NCBI GenBank assembly: GCA_964545165.1
Contig: CAZJEQ010000006.1
Span: 1 to 62,657 of the forward strand
DNA from: an uncultured Candidatus Saccharibacteria bacterium
GTDB lineage: Bacteria > Patescibacteriota > Minisyncoccia > Phycocordibacterales > UBA2100
DNA length: 62,657 nucleotides
Reading direction: 5' to 3'
Position 1 is the first letter of the stretch. Each line of letters begins with the position of its first letter. Shown piece after piece: positions 35,062 to 42,513 of this stretch. The translations under genes and the position numbers were made by a program. The notes below the pieces were generated by a model. That model saw only the letters and a program-made list of their open reading frames with translations, was not told where the DNA came from and searched no databases.

Positions 35062-35400
35062 TTAAACACGCTCGACAACGACTGCCGTGCCGTACGCGAG
35101 AACCTCGGTCGCGACGCTGCCCATTTCATTGGCATCGTAACGGACCCCGATGACAGCATTACCACCCATCTCGGCGGCTTGTTCTGCCATGCGGTCGTAT
35201 GCATCTTTGCGGGTCTTCTCGGCGAGCGAGGTGAAAAGTGAGATGTCGCCGCCGACGAGCGTCTGCAGGCCACCGCCGATAGATCCAAATATTGAGCGCG
35301 AGCGCACCACCACGCCGCGCACCATGCCGATATTCTTAACAATCTTGTAGCCCGGCAATTCAAATGCCGTGGTCATCATCGAGGGTTCAATGTGCTGCAT
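35062..35400 (-). CDS. YbjQ/UPF0145 family protein
   Basis: TTAFELPGYKIVKNIGMVRGVVVRSRSIFGSIGGGLQ...NAVIGVRYD matches UPF0145. Confidence 0.85.
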   Translation of the reverse strand: MQHIEPSMMTTAFELPGYKIVKNIGMVRGVVVRSRSIFGSIGGGLQTLVGGDISLFTSLAEKTRKDAYDRMAEQAAEMGGNAVIGVRYDANEMGSVATEVLAYGTAVVVERV

Positions 35401-35406
35401 ACGAGC

Positions 35407-35412
35407 ATTGTA
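35407..35412 (-). promoter_or_regulatory. -10 box TACAAT (TGa-extended), 6 nt before ATG 35400
   Basis: Minus strand tTGaTACAATgctcgtATG. Confidence 0.5.
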
Positions 35413-35420
35413 TCAAATCA

Positions 35421-37625
35421 CTACTTCGCCACACGGGTCGCTTCTTCGAGCTTCACGGAGAGGAGCTTGGAGACGCCGTCCTGACCCATGGTCACGCCAT
35501 AGAGCTCCCCTGCGGCGGCCATGGTGGCGCGGTTGTGAGTGATCACAATCAGCTGCGATTTCTGCCCAAGCTCCATGATCATATCGGCGTAGCGCTTGGA
35601 ATTGGCCTCATCGAGCGCCGCATCGGTCTCGTCGAGAATGAGAAACGGCGGGGGATTCACCTGGCTCATGGAGAAGATAAGGGCGATCGAGGTGAGTGCG
35701 CGCTCGCCGCCGGAGAGGACTTCGAGCCCATGCACTTTTTTGCGCGGCAGGTGCACCGATACCGTGAGGCCCGCATAGAGCTCCTCCTCTTCGGGCACTG
35801 CCTCGTCGAGATCCTCATCGTCAAGCTCTTCTTTTTTGGAGCGCTTCGGCTCTTCGATCTTGAGCGAGGCCTCGCCACCGTTAAAGAGCTTCTGGAAGAA
35901 GCCAGTGAGCGCGACGTTGATGTGTTTGAGACCCTCTTTGAAACGCTCGTCGATGGTCTTCTCCAATTCCGCGATGATGTCTTTGAGCGAAATCGCCGAG
36001 CGCTCGAGGTCCGCCAGCTCCTTCGTGAGGAATTCGTCGCGCTCCTTGGTCTGATTAAATTCGCGCACGACCTCGTCGCCGTTGCCGAGGCCCGACTCCT
36101 CGATTTTGATCTTCAATCGCTCGATCGCACGGTGACGCTTCTCTTGTTCGTGTCGATCCTCCGCCGTGGCATTCACCGGCAATTCGGTCTTATCCCAATC
36201 ACGGATACTCATGCCGACGAGCGCGACACCTTCGCGGATTTCGTCTTCAAAACGCTGCTTGAGTGCCGCGATATTCGCGCGTGCAGCATTGGCGGCATTG
36301 AGCTGCGATTGCACCTCGCGGATCTGGCCCTCGAGCTCCACGATGTCGCGCTCCGCGGCGAAGCCGGCTTCACGTGCTTCGGAAATTTCTTTGCGGAGTC
36401 GAGAGATTTCTGCCGCGAGCGTCTCCTCTTCGGCACGCTTCACCTCGAGTGCTCGAGCAAGCTCGTCGACGAGCGTCCGCGCTTCTTGATTGGTGACCGG
36501 CGCCGAGCCCGAGAGGCCATCTACGAAGGATTTGATGCGCTCGCGCAGGTGCTGGATAGCGCCGCGTATTTCCACGAGATCAGTTTTCTTCTCGGTATCA
36601 GAGAGCCCGGTCTCGATCTCGCGCGCAAAGGTGCGCACGTGCGGCACCGCGACGATCTGCTCGACAGTGACGTTGTTGGAGGCGGCGGCACCTTCGGCAC
36701 GACCAAGCTCGCGCGAGATTTTCTCACCTTCGCGGCGTGCCTCCGCGAGCGAGCGCTCCGCGTCGTTGAGCGTGATCTGCATCTCGGTGATGCGGCTACG
36801 CTCTCCACCCTGGCTCTTCCCGCGGGCATCTGCCAATTTGCTGTGGAGCTGCACGAGAGAAGCGTCGTGCAGGCGTGCCTCGCTCAAGAGGCGCGAATCC
36901 TCTTCCACGATCCAGGCATTCTCGCGGACGAGATACTCGCGCAATTTCAGTGCAAGCTCGTCTTTCATCTCACGCGCCTTCTCGATTTTCTCCACCTGCG
37001 TGCGAAGGAAGTTGAGGTGTGGAGCGAGCTCGCGGCGGAGGGACTTGGTCTTGTCGATATTGTTGGCAGTCTCCTCGAGCTTGCGCTCACTCTCGACCTT
37101 CTTGTGTTGATAGAGCTTGAGGCCAAGCGCGTCTTCTACCATTTCGCGGCGCTCCTTGGGCGATGCATTGAGAATGCGGTCGGCCTCACCTTGCGAGATG
37201 ATCTGGTAGCCCGAGCCGCCGATGTTGGCACCCGCGAGGAGGCGAATCACATCCTTGAGACGCACCTGCGAGCCATTGAGCAGATACTCGTTTTGGCCGT
37301 CGCGATATACGACGCGCTCGATTGTGACCTCACTGAAATCCACATCGAGCAATCGTTTGGAATTATCAAAGGTGACCTTCACGCTCGCGCGACTCATGCG
37401 ACCAAGGCCGGGGCTGCCTCCCCAAATGAGATCCTCGCCTTTTTTAGAGCGCATGCTCTTCATCGACTGTTCGCCGAGCACGAAGCGAAACGCCTCTGCC
37501 ACATTGGACTTGCCGGAGCCGTTGGGGCCGACGATGGAGGAGATCTGCGAGCCAAATACGAGCTCGCTCTTTTTGCCAAAAGATTTAAAGCCATTCAGCT
37601 CGATGGATTTGAGGCTCAGCGACAT
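35421..37625 (-). CDS. smc: SMC-family ATPase, short form (about 734 aa) without recognisable hinge
   Basis: N-terminal LNGFKSFGKK...GPNGSGKSN. C-terminal LSGGERALTSIALIFSM, PFLILDETDAALD, VITHNRATM, ELYGVTM. Start set to ATG 37625. Confidence 0.85.
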   Translation of the reverse strand: MSLSLKSIELNGFKSFGKKSELVFGSQISSIVGPNGSGKSNVAEAFRFVLGEQSMKSMRSKKGEDLIWGGSPGLGRMSRASVKVTFDNSKRLLDVDFSEVTIERVVYRDGQNEYLLNGSQVRLKDVIRLLAGANIGGSGYQIISQGEADRILNASPKERREMVEDALGLKLYQHKKVESERKLEETANNIDKTKSLRRELAPHLNFLRTQVEKIEKAREMKDELALKLREYLVRENAWIVEEDSRLLSEARLHDASLVQLHSKLADARGKSQGGERSRITEMQITLNDAERSLAEARREGEKISRELGRAEGAAASNNVTVEQIVAVPHVRTFAREIETGLSDTEKKTDLVEIRGAIQHLRERIKSFVDGLSGSAPVTNQEARTLVDELARALEVKRAEEETLAAEISRLRKEISEAREAGFAAERDIVELEGQIREVQSQLNAANAARANIAALKQRFEDEIREGVALVGMSIRDWDKTELPVNATAEDRHEQEKRHRAIERLKIKIEESGLGNGDEVVREFNQTKERDEFLTKELADLERSAISLKDIIAELEKTIDERFKEGLKHINVALTGFFQKLFNGGEASLKIEEPKRSKKEELDDEDLDEAVPEEEELYAGLTVSVHLPRKKVHGLEVLSGGERALTSIALIFSMSQVNPPPFLILDETDAALDEANSKRYADMIMELGQKSQLIVITHNRATMAAAGELYGVTMGQDGVSKLLSVKLEEATRVAK

Positions 37626-37633
37626 TGCACCGT

Positions 37634-37639
37634 ATTGTA
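37634..37639 (-). promoter_or_regulatory. -10 box TACAAT (TGt-extended), 8 nt before smc ATG
   Basis: Minus strand tTGtTACAATacggtgcaATG. Confidence 0.45.
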
Positions 37640-37709
37640 ACAAAAAAGCATGAAGTCCCGAGCACCAAAATGGCTCGGGACTCATTGTGACTCAGTCCTC
37701 CATGCGCGT

Positions 37710-38105
37710 TCATGCAATGAGGATGTAGGGCTTGTCTTGCCCGACGAGACCGACCTCGTCCGGATCTACGTCTTGGAGACCCGCTTGCTGCAGAAGCAAC
37801 TGCTTGTCCTGCGCGATCTTCTTTCGCGCGTCAACGACGGAGAGGAAGGTGAGAAAGGCCATCCCGCCGATGAGGACGAGAATCTTCTGAATCTCGTTTT
37901 CGACTTCTGGCGTCGGCCACCAGTGAAAGTAACGATTGGCGATAACGGCCACGGTCAGCAGCACGGCGCCGACTGCGGCCCAGCGCCGATACCCCTTGAG
38001 GAGCGACGCTTTCCGCCACACGTATTTCGTATTGCCGAGTCCGCGCCACTCAGCGAGGATTTCCGGCTTAACCATGAGAAGCTCAGTCGAATTACTTTCC
38101 GCCAT
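37710..38105 (-). CDS. membrane protein, unknown function (131 aa)
   Basis: Two TM helices. A TATAAT box and a G-rich SD lie upstream. Flanked by the hairpins GTCCCGAGC../GTCCCGGACC... Confidence 0.55.
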   Translation of the reverse strand: MAESNSTELLMVKPEILAEWRGLGNTKYVWRKASLLKGYRRWAAVGAVLLTVAVIANRYFHWWPTPEVENEIQKILVLIGGMAFLTFLSVVDARKKIAQDKQLLLQQAGLQDVDPDEVGLVGQDKPYILIA

Positions 38106-38220
38106 GGCGGTCTTACCCCCCTAGTTGCTAAAAATATTATAACATCTTTGTCATGAAAAGCAAATACTAAGTCCCGGACCCACTAGTGGTCCGGGACTCG
38201 TATGTTGAAAGATCTGCCAG

Positions 38221-38655
38221 CTACTTCTGCTTCTCGAGCTTCAGCCGCAGACGCGTGACCGACTCCTGCAAGTCGAGCGGCGTCTGCAACATCGTCAACG
38301 GCAGACCGAGCGGCCTGTTGCCGGCAAGCTCCACATAGTTGAACTTCGTGTCGGTGAGTTGATACCACGTGCTTGCGCTCATGCTCTTGCGGCAAAAACG
38401 CTCACCGCAGAGAATCTGCGAGAAGAGAACTGGCTTCTTGTGCGCAAGGAGTCGATACACGATCCCGTCATCATCATCGCCAAAACGAAAGTCTTTCGCG
38501 AACTCGAGTGCCGCGACGGCAATCTCGCGATTGAGCTGACCGCTCGCGTCGGCGATGAAGATCGCCGGCGCATGATCCGAGAGCAGTCGCTCGAGCAACG
38601 CTTCGAGCGTTTCCGCTTGCGTCGCACTCTTGCCGGCTGCCAGATGTACGCTCAT
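38221..38655 (-). CDS. hypothetical cytosolic protein (144 aa)
   Basis: Start ATG 38655 overlaps the stop of the upstream membrane gene (ATGA). The longer ORF-track N-terminus is Arg-rich shadow sequence. Confidence 0.55.
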   Translation of the reverse strand: MSVHLAAGKSATQAETLEALLERLLSDHAPAIFIADASGQLNREIAVAALEFAKDFRFGDDDDGIVYRLLAHKKPVLFSQILCGERFCRKSMSASTWYQLTDTKFNYVELAGNRPLGLPLTMLQTPLDLQESVTRLRLKLEKQK

Positions 38656-39017
38656 GCCGCAGCCTTCATGCTGAAGATCCATTGGATCAGCATGAAGATG
38701 AGGAGCAGCAGGCAGAAGCCGAGCAGCATGTGGACGACCACCGCTGACGCGGCACGTTCGTCGGTGACGGCGAGCCCGCGAGCATAGAGCACATTCGCAC
38801 TCACGCTCGCGCAGAAGACCGTCGAGATCTTGAAGCGCGGCAACTCGCGGGCGAGCGCGAACCAGCTCAAGACCACGGTCGCGCTCACCGAGATCACGAA
38901 GATCGTGAAGAGGCTGTCGTGCGACATCTGAGCCAACTCCGGCGACAGTGTCTTGTACGTCAATCCAAACAGCAGCCAGCTGCACAGAGGCAGCGCAAAC
39001 GGATGGACAATTTTCAT
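38652..39017 (-). CDS. membrane protein (121 aa, 4 TM)
   Basis: Start ATG 39017 (MKIVHPF...). Translationally coupled to 38221-38655. Confidence 0.55.
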   Translation of the reverse strand: MKIVHPFALPLCSWLLFGLTYKTLSPELAQMSHDSLFTIFVISVSATVVLSWFALARELPRFKISTVFCASVSANVLYARGLAVTDERAASAVVVHMLLGFCLLLLIFMLIQWIFSMKAAA

Positions 39018-39147
39018 CTCTGTTTCCTTTTCTGCAGAACCAGCATGGTCCCTGCGAGCCACTCTGCCATCACAAGAATGGCGGTGCAAGTATAAAAAGT
39101 CTGCATCCCGGCCCGCCATGCTGGCGAATCGGGATGCGGCGACCGAT

Positions 39148-39501
39148 TTACGGTCGGTCGGGATCTCTGTAGCGGGTCACGGACTCCTCTACGACATGGT
39201 CCCGATAGATCGTGTGACTCGGCACCATGGTCGGCCGAGGAGAGACGTACCCCTCCGGCGAATCCGGGATCGAGATGCGCGGCTGTTGCCGCGGCTCATA
39301 GAGCCGGTACCGCCCGTCGGCGACGAGCTGGCGCAGGCAGACTGCCTTCTCCTCCGGCCCGGACTTGTCGGCGCAGAAGAGGTTGTACGCGGTCTCCACC
39401 GTGATCTCGGTGACCGGGACGGAGACCGTCTGCGCGAACACAGGCGTTGCAACTGCACACGAGAGGGCCGCGAGCAGCGCGGCAGAAGACACTTTCGACA
39501 T
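39148..39501 (-). CDS. secreted protein, unknown function (117 aa)
   Basis: Signal peptide MSKVSSAALLAALSCAVATPVFA. Promoter TTGACA-17-CATAAT (39576-39548) and SD GGGGA. Confidence 0.6.
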   Translation of the reverse strand: MSKVSSAALLAALSCAVATPVFAQTVSVPVTEITVETAYNLFCADKSGPEEKAVCLRQLVADGRYRLYEPRQQPRISIPDSPEGYVSPRPTMVPSHTIYRDHVVEESVTRYRDPDRP

Positions 39502-39580
39502 GGGAGTCCCCGTTGTTGCGAATCGCGTGAGTGCGATTGCTAGTTATATTATGTATTGAAACTGATGTATTGTCAACAAA

Positions 39581-40288
39581 CTACCAACCCCTGGCGGCAA
39601 GCGCTTTTTGCGCAGCGTCTTGTTCGGCTTCTTGCTTTGATCTCCCCTCACCCATCGCGATTTTCTCGCTCCCGATAAATGCGCCGATTACAAATGTCTT
39701 GTCGTGATCGGGGCCGGACTGTCCTACGAGCTGGTAGGTCGGCGTAAGACCGTTTTTCTCCTGCGCGATTTCCTGCAATCGGCTCTTCGCATCCTGCCAG
39801 AGGCGTTTCTCGACAACCTCATCGGTCTTATAGAAAATATTGGTGTCGATGAAATCCTTGGCGCGCTCGTAGCCCGCATCGAGATAGATCGCGCCAATGA
39901 GCGCCTCGAAGGCATTCGCGAGAATGATCTGACGCGCGCGGCCCGTGTCGCGCGCCTCACCGCGCGAGAGGAGCAGATACTCGTTCATCCCCAGCTTCCC
40001 TGCCGCATCAGAAATCGATTGTGTATTCACGAGCGCTGCACGAAATGCCGTCAGCTCACCCTCGGGCTTGGTGGGATATTTGGCAAAGAGGAATTCCGTG
40101 ACGACCAGCTCGAGTACGGCATCACCGAGAAATTCGAGACGCTCATTGTGTTCGCGACCAGCGACGCGATTCTCATTGAGGTGCGAGCGGTGCGTGAAGG
40201 CTTGCTCTAAAAGCGCCGCATTGCGGAATTGATAGCCGATTTTTGTTTCAAACGACGTGAAATCAGACATGGCGGGATGGTACCGCAT
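39581..40288 (-). CDS. rnc: ribonuclease III
   Basis: FTHRSH..NERLEFLGDAVLELVV catalytic signature and a C-terminal dsRBD (DHDKTFVIGAFIGSEKIAMGEGRSKQEAEQDAAQKAL). Confidence 0.93.
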   Translation of the reverse strand: MRYHPAMSDFTSFETKIGYQFRNAALLEQAFTHRSHLNENRVAGREHNERLEFLGDAVLELVVTEFLFAKYPTKPEGELTAFRAALVNTQSISDAAGKLGMNEYLLLSRGEARDTGRARQIILANAFEALIGAIYLDAGYERAKDFIDTNIFYKTDEVVEKRLWQDAKSRLQEIAQEKNGLTPTYQLVGQSGPDHDKTFVIGAFIGSEKIAMGEGRSKQEAEQDAAQKALAARGW

Positions 40289-40306
40289 TGCAGCGGCGGA
40301 AGCGAG

Positions 40307-41236
40307 TTAGGCGCGATCTTTCTGCGCGAGGATGTTGATAGCACGCGTGATGACGGGCAATATATCGTCGTAAAAGTTGAGATCGCCGACAGACGCGAGC
40401 GGAAACCACTGCGCATCGTCGAGCCCACCTTCTTTCTTGAGCTTCAGATCAGCGAATGCCGCACGTGCCAGGAAGTAGCGCGCGTGGCGCTTTTTCTTGC
40501 CGCCTGCTGCTTTGGCATCGTTGGCGACGTATTCATTCTCACCGAGCTGGTCTTCCACCTCGACGGCCAATCCGATTTCTTCCAGTGCTTTGCGCTTGAC
40601 CCCATCCTCGTGCGATTCACCCTGCTGAAGCTTACCTTTGGTGAGCGTCCAGTGGCCGAAGATATCGTGCACGAGCGCGAGATACACTTCGCCGCCCTCT
40701 CGTGCATAGACGACGCCGCCGATCAATTCCTCGACCGGCATCTTGCCGCCCTTCCCGGCCTCTTGTTTGCGCTCACCCCCCTCATTCTTACCGGGCTCAC
40801 CCAGCTCGACATACACCGCACCCAACACACCGTTGACGAAGCGGCCGGAGGAGGCGCTCCCGAATGATTTGGCGAGCTCGATTGCTTCGTTGATCGCGAC
40901 TTTGGCAGGGACCTGCGCGCGATCGCTATAGAGGAGCTCGGTCAGGCCGAGGCGGAGAATGTTGCGATCGATTGCTGCAATCTTATCCAGCGGCCACTCA
41001 GGTGCGGCGCGCACAATGACCTCATCGATTTCTGTCTGCTTCGCAAGCGCGGTCGTGATGAGCGTTTTCATAAAGCCCGCATCACTCTCGCGTGCACCGA
41101 ATTCTTTGGCGTAGTCCGTGAGACGTCCGACACAATCTTCCATGCTCATTGAGCCACCACCAGAGTCGCGCTCAAAGAGCACTTGGAGAACGACTGAACG
41201 TGCAAGATGTCGGTTCGCCATAAAGGAGCAATTCAC
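40307..41236 (-). CDS. nusB: NusB antitermination domain fused to a NUDIX hydrolase domain
   Basis: N-terminal LARSVVLQVLFERD...AKVAINEAIELAKSFGSASSGRFVNGVLGAV (NusB). C-terminal Nudix box GKLQQGESHEDGVKRKALEEIGL. The start may be ATG 41221. Confidence 0.8.
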   Translation of the reverse strand: MNCSFMANRHLARSVVLQVLFERDSGGGSMSMEDCVGRLTDYAKEFGARESDAGFMKTLITTALAKQTEIDEVIVRAAPEWPLDKIAAIDRNILRLGLTELLYSDRAQVPAKVAINEAIELAKSFGSASSGRFVNGVLGAVYVELGEPGKNEGGERKQEAGKGGKMPVEELIGGVVYAREGGEVYLALVHDIFGHWTLTKGKLQQGESHEDGVKRKALEEIGLAVEVEDQLGENEYVANDAKAAGGKKKRHARYFLARAAFADLKLKKEGGLDDAQWFPLASVGDLNFYDDILPVITRAINILAQKDRA

Positions 41237-41278
41237 GTCATTGTATATGTGATCGCGTGAGCGCCAAGTGAAATCAAA

Positions 41279-41316
41279 GAAGCCTGGGGATTTCTCCCCA
41301 GGCTTCTTTTTTTGTT
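41279..41316. terminator. bidirectional terminator after rpmF
   Basis: GAAGCCTGGGGA-tttc-TCCCCAGGCTTC-TTTTTTTG. Confidence 0.8.
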
Positions 41317-41320
41317 TTTG

Positions 41321-41584
41321 TTATGAGGTGGCGGTCTCTTTCTCAACTGCTTGCCCAGATGCGCGCAAATCTTTCTCTTTGCGGGTGGTGCGGCGCTGAT
41401 CGCGCTTGGTGCGAGCAACGATGTCGATGATGACCTTGCCGTTGTACTTGCCGCAGCCAGTGCAGGCACGGTGCGGAGCACGGAGGGTGCCACATTCGCA
41501 CGTCGCTGCACGCTTAGCGGCGAGCGCATGATGAGAACGGCGACGGCCGGTCTTGGAGCGGTTGACACGCATTCGTACTACCAT
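41321..41584 (-). CDS. rpmF: 50S ribosomal protein L32 with basic C-terminal extension
   Basis: MVVRMRVNRSKTGRRRSHHAL...CECGTLRAPHRACTGCGKYNG (zinc-ribbon type L32). Start ATG 41584. Confidence 0.85.
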   Translation of the reverse strand: MVVRMRVNRSKTGRRRSHHALAAKRAATCECGTLRAPHRACTGCGKYNGKVIIDIVARTKRDQRRTTRKEKDLRASGQAVEKETATS

Positions 41585-41593
41585 AGTGTCGCG

Positions 41594-41599
41594 ATTATA
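41594..41599 (-). promoter_or_regulatory. -10 box TATAAT, 9 nt before rpmF ATG
   Basis: Minus strand cagTATAATcgcgacactATG. Confidence 0.5.
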
Positions 41600-41603
41600 C
41601 TGA

Positions 41604-42197
41604 TTATGAGCCAATAAGCAACCGGGAGCAGAATGTGGCCCGGTGTAGCCCCGAAAGCCCCTTCTCGCCGATTGCCTTGAGGTGCTTTGCCGTCCCGTAG
41701 CCCTTATGGCCAGCAAAGCCGTATTCCGGGTACTGCTCAGCGATACTGACCATGTAGCGATCGCGCTCCACCTTGGCCGCGATTGAGGCCATCGAAATCA
41801 CCGGCTCAGAATCGTCACCACGGATAATGGTCGATTGATTTAGAAAATGTTTTGGCGCGTGAAGCGAGCCATCGAGTCGAATTTCGCACTCGTCGGCCTT
41901 CGCGTGCAACTGCTCGAGACAGTTCGCGAGTGACGCGCGAATAGCCGGCACGATCCCCTGCGTGTCAATCATCGTATTGTCTGAAAATGACACCGCAAAA
42001 TTGAGCGTGCCCGCCTCGCGCAGCGCGATGAGTCGCTCGTAGCATCGCTCGCGTGCTGCTTCGGTCATCTTCTTGGAGTCACGCGCATCGGGGACACATG
42101 AGAAATCAAAATCCATTGGCACCATCATCGCGCCAACTGAGACGGGCCCCGCGAGCGGCCCACGCCCCGCTTCGTCGATGCCGATGAGGTATTTCAC
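41604..42197 (-). CDS. rnhB: ribonuclease HII
   Basis: IGIDEAGRGPLAGPV, DSKKM, GHKGYGT motifs. GTG start 6 nt after TAGTAT. Confidence 0.9.
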   Translation of the reverse strand: MKYLIGIDEAGRGPLAGPVSVGAMMVPMDFDFSCVPDARDSKKMTEAARERCYERLIALREAGTLNFAVSFSDNTMIDTQGIVPAIRASLANCLEQLHAKADECEIRLDGSLHAPKHFLNQSTIIRGDDSEPVISMASIAAKVERDRYMVSIAEQYPEYGFAGHKGYGTAKHLKAIGEKGLSGLHRATFCSRLLIGS

Positions 42198-42251
42198 TCA
42201 TTAATACTATCAAATAAGGAAGACCCGCACGGAGCACTTCCTTGCGGGCCA

Positions 42252-42425
42252 TCAACGGCGAAGCCCGCGGCGCCCGGTCGATCGGCACTTGGACTTCTTC
42301 TTTTTCAATCGCTTCTTCTCCTGTTCTCCTTGCTGTCGCGTGGCAGCAAGTTGGGCGTAGTAGCGGGCACGACCGATGCCTACTGGTGGCACCGGATCTC
42401 GCGGATTGCGTACTGCTCGAAACAT
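42252..42425 (-). CDS. small highly basic protein (57 aa), not in the supplied ORF track
   Basis: Read by hand: caGGGAAGGAGtagacgATG, giving MFRAVRNPRDPVPPVGIGRARYYAQLAATRQQGEQEKKRLKKKKSKCRSTGRRGLRR, stop TGA at 42254-42252. A TATAGT box lies upstream and a hairpin downstream. Confidence 0.45.
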   Translation of the reverse strand: MFRAVRNPRDPVPPVGIGRARYYAQLAATRQQGEQEKKRLKKKKSKCRSTGRRGLRR

Positions 42426-42501
42426 CGTCTACTCCTTCCCTGTGAAGCCGGACGCCACTATAGTCCAAACACGAATACAGTAAAGAAAATATGGAAAGGG
42501 G

Positions 42502-42507
42502 TATAAT
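42502..42507 (+). promoter_or_regulatory. -10 box TATAAT, 6 nt before dnaE ATG
   Basis: gggTATAATcgctccATG. Confidence 0.55.
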
Positions 42508-42513
42508 CGCTCC

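Noticed and set aside
35364-37640. 758-aa + strand ORF.
   Set aside because: It is antisense to smc. It is a low-complexity Arg/Leu/Glu/Asp shadow frame with no independent start signals.
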